Assembly: GCF_963921235.1 (NCBI RefSeq)
Contig: NC_086097.1
Location: 84,446,001 to 84,510,000 of the forward strand
DNA length: 64,000 bases
Reading direction: 5' to 3'
Source of the DNA: Mobula hypostoma
Taxonomy: Eukaryota
Shown: positions 22,251-33,660 of the stretch, in pieces
How the letters are laid out: each line of letters opens with the position of its first letter
Position numbering within the stretch: the first letter of the stretch is position 1
Notes under the pieces: generated by a model
Seen by the model: only the letters and a program-made list of their open reading frames with translations
Databases searched by the model: none
What the model was told of the DNA's origin: nothing
Translations under genes and position numbers: made by a program

Positions 22251-22445
22251 TGTCCAGAATTGCCTGGATTTTCCGTAGAGTCCTTTGTTCTACCACAGCT
22301 TCCGGTATGTCCAGTTTGACTCCTATAACAGAGCCAGACCAGCCTTTCTAATCAGTTTATTGATCCTGTTGGCATCATCCATTATCCCAGCACACCACTG
22401 CATTGCAGATTGTACTGGCGACAACAGACTGATAGGACGTGAGAA
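22251..22445 (-). mobile_element. Rex1 RT C-terminal fragment (second subfamily)
   Basis: Minus strand reads YQSVVASTI..AVVCW..DANRINKLIRKAG. Confidence 0.7.
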
Positions 22446-23379
22446 GAAAAGGCCTTTTTGAGGGTCTTTGATATTCGCAGTCTATTTCTCAGGGTAGGAG
22501 AGTAAAACTAGAGGGCATAGATTTAAGGTGAGAGGGAGGTTTTTTCATACAGAGGATGTGAGTACATGGAGGAAGCTGTAGAATGGGTATAATTACAATG
22601 TCTAAAAGACAGGTACATGGATGGGAAATTAGTAAGAGGGATTTAATCCAAATGGAACTAGCTCTGATAGAGATCTTACCATGGATGAGTTGGGCCAAAG
22701 GGCCTTTCCTTATGTGTAGAACTGTATCACTCTAATAATCAAATTCACTTAGCCAGGAGCCATTTCATGCTTTCATACTGTTTCGAAATTAATCGTTCTG
22801 CTTCTCCCTAAAGCCTCAGCTTAAACTCTTGAGTTGGAATTTGCTGTCATTGCGAATGTCATGGTGGCTACTCTGAATTTTTGAAGTATCTGTGTGGCAA
22901 ATTTCCAAAATGCCTCTGACACAAACTGGACAGGACGATTCAGCAGTACTTTTTATCTATCAAGCAGGCTGCATGATTGTGGAAGAGGAAGCTGGGATAA
23001 GAGATAAGCTGGGTGGGTGCGTTCGGTATCAGATCAGATCCAGTGAATGGAAGAAAGAGAGGGAAAAGAAGATTGGTGTAAATGTAGGTGGCAACCTTCC
23101 AGATTTAACCTGGACTCTCCCAGATTCCCAAGGCTCTGGGACTTTGATCGCAAACCCACTGCGCTGCGCTTGCACACCCTAACTTGCGTCTTTCCAGTTA
23201 ATCAGATGTCCATGGTTTAAAGCATGCCAGCTGAAACCTGGTAAGCTGATTCCAGATGCAGGATCAAAACAGGAATGAAGGCAAAAGGGAAGTTCAAAAA
23301 AAACCTTTAAACTCTCCATTGATAATCAGTCCTTGGAGGAATGAGTATGCAGTCTTAATAAAAATTTTCAGTGCCAGAG

Positions 23380-23980
23380 AAGTTAATTAAAGAGCATTAA
23401 TTAACAATTATTGTCAGCATAGAATATAAGATCTGGGAATTGTTATTTTACCAGTTCATAGAATATTTGCTAGGTCACACCTGGAGTATTGTGCCCACTT
23501 CTAGTCATCACCAAATAGAAATAATGTTGTATTGAAGAAGGGGCAGAGGATATTCAGCAGGACATTGCCTGGATTGGAACATTACGGTTCTAAGCAGGGA
23601 CTGGAGCAGGAGAGGCTGAAGGATCACTTGATAGAGGTGTACAAAGTTATCAGGGAGTGATAGGTTATACAATTAAAAAATCTTTTTCACATGGTGAGGA
23701 CGTCAACGAGAAAGGGCATGGGTTTGAAGTGGGATGTTTAGAAGTGATTGGAAGGATAACTCACCCCTCCTGCCGTGAAGCCTTTTCCAAGTTGCATCTA
23801 GAATACTTGTCTGAACAGCTAGTGGAGAGTGTATTCTCACAATATTTAAGAAGCGGTTAGTCTTGAATTGCCTATGCTTAGGAAGCTGCAGACCCAATGC
23901 AAGTAGATGGGGTTAGTATTGATAGGTACAATCGTCAGGACCAACGGGCTGCTTCTATGCTGAACAACTCTATGACTCTA
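23380..23980 (+). mobile_element. Old CR1 3' fragment
   Basis: RSHLEYCAHF motif (cacctggagtattgtgccc), atagaggtgtacaaagtt and a tail ending ctctatgactcta. Confidence 0.75.
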
Positions 23981-24306
23981 TTTTGCTAGGTAAAGTAATT
24001 TCAACTTTCATTTGGTTCTTAGGGTTGAAATACTTTACCTGACTTTCTTCAAATTGAATTTAAGCTTCTATTTGCTACACTTCCAATGATGAGGCAAAGA
24101 TAATAGTTCAGCAATTCAACCCTTTCAGCAATTGCTGGATACCCACGTTTAATCACACACCAACCCCTGGCCTGAAGCTGTTGTATAACTGGAGTTCTGA
24201 CCCTGCAAGGCCAGATCATGTAATCTAAGCCATGTGCACTGGGCAGAGCTTGTCAGGGTCTAACAGGAGTTCAATTGATTTGCCAGCTTGCTCTTTTAAA
24301 ATGTGT

Positions 24307-24590
24307 GTGGTGCGTGGCCAAGTGGTTAGGGCGTTGACTAGCGATCTGAAGATCGTGGGTTCAAACCTCGGCCAAGGCAGCGTGTGTGTCCTTGAGCAAG
24401 GCACTTAACCTCACAATGCTCCAGTCTACCCAGCTGAGAACGGGTACCAGCAAAAATGCTGGGGGTTAACCTCGCGATAGACTGGCGTCCTATCCGGGGG
24501 GGAGTCTCGTACTCTCGGTTGCCTCACACCACGGAAACCGGCATAAGCACCGGCCTGATGGGCCATAAGGCTCGTGACAGATTTTAATCT
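24307..24590 (+). mobile_element. MetaSINE-like tRNA SINE
   Basis: A-box 24315-24325, B-box 24358-24367, then ccttgagcaaggcacttaacc, cccagctgagaacgggtacc, aacctcgcgatagactggcgtcctatccggggggg..acggaaaccggcataagc and tail ccggcctgatgggcc..ggctcg. Confidence 0.7.
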
Positions 24591-24915
24591 TTCAAAGTGA
24601 CTGAATAATTTGGTTGGAAGTATTCATCTGTGGGAAAGATTCAACCTTAGAAGTGTTATGTAGATCTGAGGATTGAAGCGTTTTGAGTGGGCTGCCAATT
24701 TATTTGAGAACAATATTTTGATCTGGACCATTTAATTTGTCGGCACATTCAAGTAATTAACAGTCAGCTGTATTTGATGATAAAAATGTTAACATCATAA
24801 CAAAATACTGGAAGTGTTGGAGGTTCAAAATGATCTGGGTGTTCCAATACAGGAAATACCAAGAGTCAGTATGCATGCCCAATACGTAGTTCAAAAGGCA
24901 AGGAGAATATTGGGC

Positions 24916-25429
24916 GAACAACAGGAATTCTGCAGATACTGGAAATTCAAGCAACACACATAAAAGTTGCTGGCGAATGCAGCAGGCCAGGCAGCATCTC
25001 TAGGAAGAGGTGCAGTCGACGTTTCAGGCCGAGGTTGGAGGACTTCTCCTGATGGCATGAACATCGACTTCTCTAACTTCCGCTAATGCCCCACCTCCCC
25101 CTCGTACCCCATCTGTTACTTATTTTTATACACACATTCTTTCTCTCACTCTCCTTTTTCTCCCTCTGTCCCTCTGAATATACCCCTTGCCCATCCTCTG
25201 GGTCCCCCCTCGCCTTGTCTTTCTTCCCGGACCTCCTGTCCCATGATCCTCTCGTATCCCTTTTGCCTGTCACCTGTCCAGCTCTTGACTCCATCCCTCC
25301 CCCTCCTGTCTTCTCCTATCATTTTGGATCTCCCCCTCCCCCTCCAACTTTCAAATCCCTTACTCACTCTTCCTTCAGTTAGTCCTGACGAAGGGTCTCG
25401 GCCTGAAACGTCGACTGCACCTCTTCCTA
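24916..25429 (+). mobile_element. Penelope-like element 3' part with inverted terminal copy
   Basis: 13-bp TSD gagaatattgggc (24903-24915, 25430-25442). ORF end PDGMNIDFSNFR* (25048-25086), typical of the end of a PLE GIY-YIG region. Pyrimidine-rich UTR. 37-bp perfect inverted repeat 24997-25033 / 25397-25433. Confidence 0.9.
25380..25417 (+). ncRNA. Minimal type I hammerhead ribozyme motif (PLE-type)
   Basis: Stem I tagtc/gactg; CTGACGA (25385-25391); stem II agg/cct with 7-nt loop; GAAA (25405-25408); C-GTC with palindromic ACGT. Predicted cleavage after 25412. Confidence 0.75.
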
Positions 25430-25869
25430 GAGAATATTGGGCCCTTTTTTGCAAAGGGATTGGATTTTATGGGCAGGGAGGTTTTGTTGTTGTTGTATGA
25501 CGTGTTGATGAGGCTAAACCTGGACTGTTGAGCACAGTTTTGGTGCCCTTACCTAAAAAAGGGATATAGAGGAGGTTTATCAAGATCATTCTTGAGCGGA
25601 GAGTATTATCCTGTCAAGGGGGGCACAACATTTCGGAGTCTGTTTTCCTTGGAGTTTAGAAAGATGAGGGGTGATCTTATCCAAACAAATAAGATCCTAA
25701 GAGAACTTGACAGTGAGAACATCTCAATATCTATCCTAATGGATAAGTCAGGGACAAAGAGGCCTACCCACAGGGTCGTGAATATCTGGATTTCTCTGCC
25801 CCTGGGCATTAGAAGCCAGGGTCATTAGATATATACAAGATGGAAATAGATAAATGTTTGAAGTTGTTT

Positions 25870-26742
25870 TCTGGTTTAAGATGGTGCTGGTGACGACTTT
25901 CTGGTAGCAAACTAAACCAAAAATAAAATTACTGTATTAATCACACTTTTTCTCAGATACAATCACTGCAGTCAGTAGCCTGTAACTTCCCCTTCGCAGC
26001 TGAGCTGTTGAACTGCCTGTGCAACCTGGCATTTTCGTGGTGTGAACTGAATTCGAAAAGTTGCAGGATGGTTGTAGTGTTGCATGTACGGGCCGAATGG
26101 AGGCGGCAGGGCCTAGGCAGGAGAGTGGGGAATGAGCCAGTGTTTGGCCATTGCTGGAGTGGACATGGAGGCAATTCAATGCAGCAGAACTGAGGCAAAG
26201 TGAGCAAAGGCGATGCAGAGTTGAGGCAGCGTGTCCCAGGCCTGGGCCTGAGAATGAGGAAAGACCCAAGGTTTGATCAACTTGGAAAGGTGGGATACAG
26301 GCCATATAGAAGTGGCAGGGCCCAGGCCCTCGGGCCTGGGCCCAAAAGCGAGGGATGACCAAGTTTGGATGATTTGAGCGCTGAGCCAGGTTGAAAAGAT
26401 CAGGGCTGGAGGCGAGGGACGCACCAGTTCAGCTCGCTGTTCTGCAAGGTTTACCTATCTGTGCTAAACTGAGGCTGTGGCCTGGAACTAACAGGCTACC
26501 AAATCGGCTGCAGTGATGGCTGGCTTCATGACTGTGGACTCACTTTCGTAAACTTCAGTTCTGAATGTTATTTGTTCTCTTTTATTGTTTGCATAATTCT
26601 TTTTCTCCCCCTGCACATCGGGTGTTTGACGGTCTTTTCTTTAATGGGTTCTACTGGACTTCTTTCTTTTGTGGCTGCCTGTAAGGAGACAGATCACAAG
26701 CTTGTACATAGTATACATACTTTGATAATATTGAACTTTGAA
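25870..26742 (+). mobile_element. Non-autonomous retroposon (AAGATGG 5' motif, Rex1-like tail)
   Basis: Starts near aagatggtg (25878-25886). GC-rich non-coding body. Ends gtggctgcctgtaaggagac..actttgataatattgaactttgaa. Splits a CR1 3' end. Confidence 0.7.
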
Positions 26743-26949
26743 AGATCCAGGGCTATAGGGAGTTGGCCCAGAAGAGAAGTTGAGACCAGCATAGGTTCAC
26801 CATGATAATTTTGAATGGTTTGTGTATCTCTCCAATGGAAAAGAATGCAAAGGACATAGAAGTTAGCTGAATTTTTATTCTGATATGGTCACCTTAGCCA
26901 TTGTAAAGAATTTTAAACAAGTACTTTTTAATTAGACACATGGAAGATG

Positions 26950-27220
26950 GTCAAAAGGTATCTGGTGATCCAAGAGTCAGTTTGAACCCTACTGTGGAAA
27001 CTGGGGATTTAAATGAAAGTAAATGAATCAAGTTTGGAATTGAATAAAAAGCTGACGTTAGTTATTGTAACTGTGACGTTACTCTGTTTGCAAATCAGTG
27101 CTGGAAAGAAATCTGCCATCCTTTCTTTGTCCTCTTGTGATTCTCCGCCATCTCTTCAATGTCAGGGATGAGCCAAGGTTGCTGGTAATGCCCACACCCT
27201 GTGAATCAATGAATACATAA
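26950..27220 (+). mobile_element. Old tRNA-headed SINE (family of the 50241 head)
   Basis: B-box-like agtttgaaccc, gaataaaaagctg, gaaagaaatctgccatcc, and tail atgcccacaccctgtgaat. Confidence 0.55.
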
Positions 27221-27509
27221 AAGCTAAGGTAGTAAATTTGCAATAAAGCCACATTTAATCTCAATGTGCCGGAGGCCCTTTGAGTACACCAGTAAATCTA
27301 TCAGAAGTGAATGAAATGATCAGTAAATAAAAGAAAGTAGAAGCAGAGGGATGAGCTGAATGCTGAAATCCAAGCGAGAGGCCAAAGCACCTGTACAAAA
27401 TCTTCTAAGGCAGACAAACCATTACTGGAATTATGTCGCTAATTTGCTACTTTTAGCTCCAAACTTAATTCTAATCACTCACCAATTGTGACAATTTTTT
27501 TCTCAATCC

Positions 27510-28430
27510 TGCTCACCCAACCTGGATCAACATGCGGTCAAGTCGTGTCCCTTTTATTTACCGAGGGAATCTTCTGCCATCATCCTGGTAGAAGTGTACG
27601 TTCCACCTCAGGCCAACGTCAGGCAGGCACTGGCAGAGCTGAGCACTGTGATCAGCAGTCACAAAACAGCACACCCTGATGCCTTCCCTATCATTGCGGG
27701 GGATTTCAACCAGGCCGGCTTCAAGAAGTCTCTGAACAACTACCACCAATATATCACCTGTGGAACCAGAGCAGCCAACACATCTGACCACGGTTATCCA
27801 CCATCAGGAACATGTACCACGCCATGCCATGCACACACTTTGGAAAGTTCCATCACCTGGCTGTGTTTCTACTTCCAGCATAAAGGCAGAGACTAAAAAC
27901 TGCAGCACCCAGTGGTGACGACTAAGGAGGTATGGTCAAGGAAGATGGAGGATCGCCTACGGGACTGCTTTTTTGTCAGTGGACTGGATGATATTTCGGA
28001 TCTGAATGACTATGCCACAGTTGACTTTGACTTTATCAAGAGCTGTGTGGATGAGTGTGTGCCTTCGAGAACATACCGGACATAGCCAAACCAAAAGCCA
28101 TGAGTAAACCTTGAGATCTGTAGTCCTCTGAGGGCTAAATCTGTGGTACCCAAGACCAGTGATCCAGAACTATACAAGAGGTCCAGTATGACCAATGGAA
28201 GACTATTTTAAGAGCAATAAAACAATGCCAATTGAAGTTAGAAATGGAATCAGATGCACATCAGCTCTAGCAGGGTTTGCAGGCCAAATGAATAGCTACG
28301 ATACTTCACTCCGAGATGAGCTAAATGACTTTGTGGAGGCTGACATCAGAACATGTTTCATGAGGGCGAAACCTCGCAAGGTGTCAGGCACTGAGGTGTA
28401 CCTGGTAGGGCTCTGAAAACCTGTGCCAGT
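27510..28430 (+). mobile_element. Rex1/Babar endonuclease-region fragment
   Basis: PFYLPRE..AIILV.VYVPPQANV..HPDAFPIIAGDFNQA (APE domain), followed by PNQKP-like and RKVSGT(PDG)-like motifs. Confidence 0.88.
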
Positions 28431-28444
28431 GCTCAAGGACAACA

Positions 28445-28590
28445 GGTGGTTTCCTCCCACAGTCCAGGGACGTGCCGGTTGGTAAGTTAATTGGTCACTG
28501 ATTAGGCGAGGGTTAAATCTGAGGTTTCTGGGTGGCATGTCTCGAAGGGACTAAGGGCCAACCTTGCACTGTATCTTAATAAATAAATAA
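28445..28590 (+). mobile_element. V-SINE 3' fragment
   Basis: ggtttcctcccacagtcc..ttaattggtca..ctgtatct(taaa)n. Confidence 0.75.
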
Positions 28591-29377
28591 AAGGAATGGA
28601 ATCATTAGAGTCACTCCAGGATGATGAGAGCAGTGTAATTGTGGGTCATGAAGGTGCTTCAGAAATGCTGCTCCTTTGGAGAGAAATTCACCTTCCATTA
28701 TGGTTCTTGGCATGCTTATTTCTACAGTCAGTTCCTTTGAAGTACAGAAAGCATGAAACGTACAAAGCAAATGCAACTGACAACCAATATGTACATTTTG
28801 AACAGTACAGATGAATTTCCCATCCACTTTTTACTGTGGAAGTGTACAAAAGGAAGGTGTGCAATGATAGAAGAGCTTTGCGGGAAAATTATGGCAAAAC
28901 TTCCATCTTCAAATGGAGACCTCTGACGGGAACTGTGTGGTCAGAGAGCAGAGATTCTGAACAGAAGTTTTCATTCTTCAGCACAGCATTAAATTAGCCA
29001 GAAGCAGGTGTGTATTTATTGATGAACAAAGTATAACCAGCTTAATATTTTTGTTCATTAGGACAAACTAGCCAATTGCATTTCAATTAGTCTAGAAACT
29101 TTCAGTCAGCTCTCAATCCTTAATTCATGATTAAATTATTAAGTATTCATGGGATATTCAACCAAGATTTTTTAATGGAATGTGATAAATTTAGCAGCGT
29201 TGACTAGGCCAACAGATAGAAAGCAGAGTTCTGTATATAATAACCGACATTGGAATGCTCAAGACCAATGCTATATGCCAAATGTGGGTGTATATTCTGT
29301 TTCTATCATAGGTGCTTATCTCAATGAGCAAGGAACATTCATTCGGCCTTTAGAGGGAAAAAATGCACATTTAAAGA

Positions 29378-30130
29378 ATGAGAATCGGAATCAGGTTTAT
29401 TATCACCGATGTATGTTGTGAAATTTGTTATTTTGCAGCAGCATAGTGCAATATGTAAAAAATTACTATAAATTACAATAAGAAATATTTAAAAAATTAG
29501 ATAGTGCAAAAAGAGAGAAAAATGTGAGATAGTGTTCATGGCTTCATGGACTGTTCATAAATCTCCTGGTGGAGGAGGAAGTAGCTATTCCTAAAACACT
29601 GAGTGTGTGTCTTCAGATTCCTGTATCTCCTCCCTGGTGGTAGTAATGAGAAGAGGACATGTCTTGGATGTGAGGGTCCTTAATGATGGATGCCATCTTC
29701 TTGAAGCTTTGCCTTTTGAAGGTGTCTTCAGTGGTGGGGAGGATGGTGCCCATGAAGGAGCTGACTTAGTCTGCAACACTCTGCAGCTTTTTCTGATCCT
29801 GTGCGATGGAACCTCTAAACCCGACGGTGGTGAAATCAATCAGAATGCTCTTCACGGTACAGCTGTAGAAATTTGCTAGAGCCTTTGGAGACATACCAGA
29901 TCTCCTCAAATGCCTAATGAAATCTAGCTGCTGTCGTGCTTTCTTCATAACTGCATCGATAGGTTGGTCCCAGGATAGATCTTCAGAGATATTGGCACCC
30001 AGGAACTTGATGCTACTCACCCTGTCCACTGCTGGTCCCTCAATGAGGACTGGTGTGTGTTCTCTCACCTTCCCCTTCCTGAAGTCCACAATCAATTCCT
30101 TGGTCTTACTGACGCCGACTGCTAAGTTGT
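29378..30130 (-). mobile_element. Rex1/Babar 3' fragment
   Basis: IVDFRK..KFLGANISEDLSW..KKARQQL..FYSCTVKSIL; tail gaatcaggtttattatcacc. Confidence 0.9.
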
Positions 30131-30154
30131 TGCCAATTGTGATTCATCCAATAA

Positions 30155-30375
30155 CAGTATTTATTGGCCATCCCTAATTCCCTCCTAGGGCACTTGAAAG
30201 GGTAGTTAGGGGTCAACTAATTTCTTAAGTATGGACTCACAGTCCTGCTTTCGAAAGGACAATCCCTTCCCTAAAATAGAGAAACAAATGAGATAGAGTT
30301 CTTTTTTACACCAATTACTGGTGATGGTGCTACATTCAAGAATTTAATTACTTGAAGTTAAATTCACCAGCTGCT
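30155..30375 (-). mobile_element. Old tRNA-headed SINE remnant
   Basis: atttattggccatccctaatt..cccttccctaaa..ttaaattcaccagctgc, shared with 44620-44965. Confidence 0.45.
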
Positions 30376-31889
30376 GAGTTAAGCGAACAGAATATTAGGT
30401 GGTGTGTATAACAGGTAACCAATAACAGGGCAAAATATTTTTATCACCAGAGTGATTGTAATTTGAAAAAAACTGCTTTTTTTCAAAACTGAGAATGGTG
30501 GTAGTCAAACTCAGCTCAGTGTCCCTAAATGCACACCAGACTTGGTGCTGAATAATTATAATTAAACCAGTGCACGCATTACGTCTGTAGCGGACAGAAC
30601 CCTTCACGAACTCAACACAAGCCAGCTTCAGTATGAGGAAATGCAATTAGCAACTGTAGTATTTTTTTCAAAGCAAATAATTTGTACTTACCTTGCAAAC
30701 GAGGGAAAGAAATGTCCAAATTTTGTGCATCATGAAACACTGTGCTAATAATATTAAATTAGAATGGCTGGATGGTTGTTAATCTGCTTCCCAGCCATAG
30801 CAAAAAATCAGGTGTCTGGGGAAGAGAAACATGAAAGTAATTGCTTTTGACAAGATGCTTTATTCATCGCATATTTATTTTATTATGCTCAGCTGCCATT
30901 GTCTAAAAAGGAAAGTATGGCATAGATTAGAAAACTATTCCCTGCTACATTTCTACAGGGTACCATTTACTCATTACACAAATTTTCCCAGAAGCTCACC
31001 TCTGCAACATCTGGATCCAATTTGATCTCTGTCAAAATACACTCCTGCCAAATGCCAATTGTGCTACCAGTTTTTCAGCTACTAACAGACCGAGTCCGCT
31101 CACGTCCCACTCAGGACACGCTGCCTCGCCGGTCATATCAAAACATTGTTTCAAGTGGGAGGAAAAAACATGAGTGCTGGGTTCATTCTCGGAATTTCCT
31201 GCTGGAATGGGTCAGTGATACACTGCTGCCTACAAATTGCTTAGGAAGCTTTAACTAGGTCTGCATTCAATCCACAGAGGTTTGCACTTCTCACATACAC
31301 CGGTGAACCCTGGGAGAGTATGCTACTTTGTCGGCAACCAGGCAATTTACTCTAACATCCATATATCAGAAGCTCAGTTTTCCTGATTGTACCCATTACC
31401 AAGATGAAGCCATTCAATTTAAGGTCATGCCCAAAACCATATTTTCTGCTACAGTCAGTCATCCCTAACCAGTTCTGACCTTGTGAAAGCACTGACAAAA
31501 TCTCTTTCCACAGATGCTGCCTGACTTCAAGTATGCCACCATTTTTTGTTTTTTTTTTCCTTTGAATTTCCTACAGCTCCAAACTTCATTTGATTACCTA
31601 ACTCTGCAGCCCAAAATCAACTAATCAAAAAGATTATTTTAAAAAGTCAACCAAAATGCACCATCTTGCCCAACCTCTGGCTTTTTTCTTCCCCCTATTT
31701 CGGCATTAGCCATTTCCCCTTGATCAGTATTATTAAAATTGATTGATTTGATACTAAGCAATGCACCTGTGGGGTACTGTACACAAATTAATAATGAGGT
31801 ACTTCAGAGGTACCATATGAATGCAAACATTTCCTATATGGAGTAGTATTAGGGCAAGAAAGATTATGTATCCACCAGATCTGGGATGA

Positions 31890-32300
31890 TTACAAATGAA
31901 CTGAGTTTAAGATTTTTTAAAAAAGATTTGATAGAAGTATATAAAATTATGAGGGGTATAGATAGTGTAAATGCAAGCAGGCTTCTTTCCCCACAGAGAC
32001 TGGGTGAGACTGGAACTAGAGGTCATGGGTTAAGGGTGAAATGTGAAGTGTTTAAGAAGAACATGAAGGGAAACTTCTTCACTTAGAGGGTGGTGAGAGT
32101 GTGGAACAAGCTGCCAGTAGAAGTGGTGAATGCAGGTTCAGTTTCAAAATTTAAGAGAAGTTTGGTTGGATACATGGATTGGAGGGGTATGGAGGGCTAT
32201 GATCAGGGTGCAACTCGATGAGAGTAGGCAGAATAATAGTTGGGCATAGACTAGATGGGCTGAAGGGTCTGTTTCTGTGCTGTAGTGTTCTATGGCTATG
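31890..32300 (+). mobile_element. CR1 3' fragment
   Basis: DLIEVYKIMRGID..TRGHGL..GNFFT; 3' UTR gggctgaagggtctgtttctgtgctgtagtgttctatg. Confidence 0.9.
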
Positions 32301-33059
32301 AAAATATAATTCTAATATTGTTGGCCAGTGCCAGACGGTAAGCATTTGAGTAGTCAGACCAAACACTAATGCACTCTTATTTCTGTTTGCTCCCAGTAGG
32401 ACGTTTGGTGTGAAGGATACAGTCAAATATTGAAAGGAGACAAAGCATAGAACAAGTGCTTCTATAAGTAGGCACGATGAAATGGCAATAATCTGAATGC
32501 AAGAAGTGTCGCCAAAAGTTTGCACTTTTTAAAAAAAATGTATACCATTATAGATTGATTATAGAAGAAAGATGCAAGTTTCTAAACAGCTACTGATTTT
32601 TTTTTAAAGAAAGTTAAACCTTAGTGGTTTGGACAGAACAAAACTTGAGGAGATATTTAATTGTACAGTTCTGATGTACAGTTGGTTGCATCACTGCGTC
32701 TGTGGCATTTTAGTGCTGCCCATGTCCTTAATCACATACAATGTATGTGTGGTTTCTATAATCAACAGGTTTTTCATTGACAGATTCTTTGTTGCTAATT
32801 TTAGTCACATCCAGAGGAACAAAGTATGACTAGTGAAAAAGACTGTTAGAACAGAAGAGAGCCCTGCTCCAATGGTTAATGGAAGCAATGTCTTGTAGAT
32901 GTCAAAGCTTATAAAAAATATTCAGTTTCTGGCTTTTCTTTTTCCTTTGTTGCAGATATAATGCATATTGTTTCCCAACACAGTGCATTACTGATTTACT
33001 AATAAAACTATAGAACAGATCTTGTATGTTTTATTGATTGTATCATATAAACTACATTT

Positions 33060-33660
33060 AGTTATTATCAAAGTATGTATAAAATATACAACCTTGAGAT
33101 TTGTCTGCTTACAGGCAGTCATAAAACAAGAAACCTGAAAGAACCCAATATTAAAAAAAGACCGATACCCAATGGGGGGGGGAGGGGGTGTGTGTGTGTG
33201 TAAAAAAGACAATCATGCAAACAATAAAGTAAGGTTCAGCATTCAGAACAAAATTGAGTCCATAAACCCGCAGCCGGATTAGGTCCATAATCTCAGTTTC
33301 AGTTCATCGCACAGAGGAGCAAATTCACCACAGGGCTTCAGGTACTAAGCCCGCAGCACAACACAGCCTCAGCGTCGATGAGAGTGGAGTAAAATGGCCC
33401 TGACCCTGACCCTGACCCTCACCTCCAGCCTCGACACACTGCCTTTCAGGCCATCTGGCCCGGCATTTGTCGAAGCACCAGGTCGTCCCCCTCACTTGGA
33501 CCTGGGCACCGCCACAGCAGTACATCTTGGGCCAAGACCCCACATTCTGGCCTATGCTCGACTTTTCTAAATTGGCCCGGAGCTTAGATCGATCAAACCC
33601 TGCTCCAAAACAACAACATTTCTCTGCTCCACTCTCTCCAGTTCCAACTTTATCTCAAAT
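33060..33660 (-). mobile_element. Non-autonomous retroposon with Rex1-like tail
   Basis: ttatcaaagtatgtat..acaaccttgagatttgtctgcttacaggcag is close to the reverse complement of the tail at 26670-26730. GC-rich body with (cctgac)n. Confidence 0.7.

Larger units (their letters stand above)
21430..22730 (+). mobile_element. Old CR1 fragments flanking nested insertions
   Basis: GILGELANWI and GPLLF..NDL-like segments (21530-21700); CR1-type 3' UTR (22480-22730). Confidence 0.55.
24830..26820 (+). mobile_element. Old CR1 3' part, split by a Penelope-like and a non-autonomous insertion
   Basis: KA..IL.. region, cagttttggtgcccttacct, LFSLEFRKMRGDLIQT.KI and RVVNIW motifs. Confidence 0.75.

Noticed and set aside
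24307..24380. Genuine tRNA genes (also at 1855, 35466, 50241)
   Set aside because: A/B boxes continue into SINE or LINE bodies, and I could not fold a full cloverleaf.
24550..24580. Hammerhead in the SINE tail (ctgatgggcc..ggctcg)
   Set aside because: Lacks the final A of CUGANGA and the GAAA box; better explained as a tail stem-loop.
25086..25454. Overlapping ~100-aa ORFs on both strands
   Set aside because: Low-complexity pyrimidine-rich PLE 3' UTR.
31455..31560. Further PLE-terminus copy (cacagatgctgcctgac)
   Set aside because: Too degraded, with no ribozyme core left; not counted.
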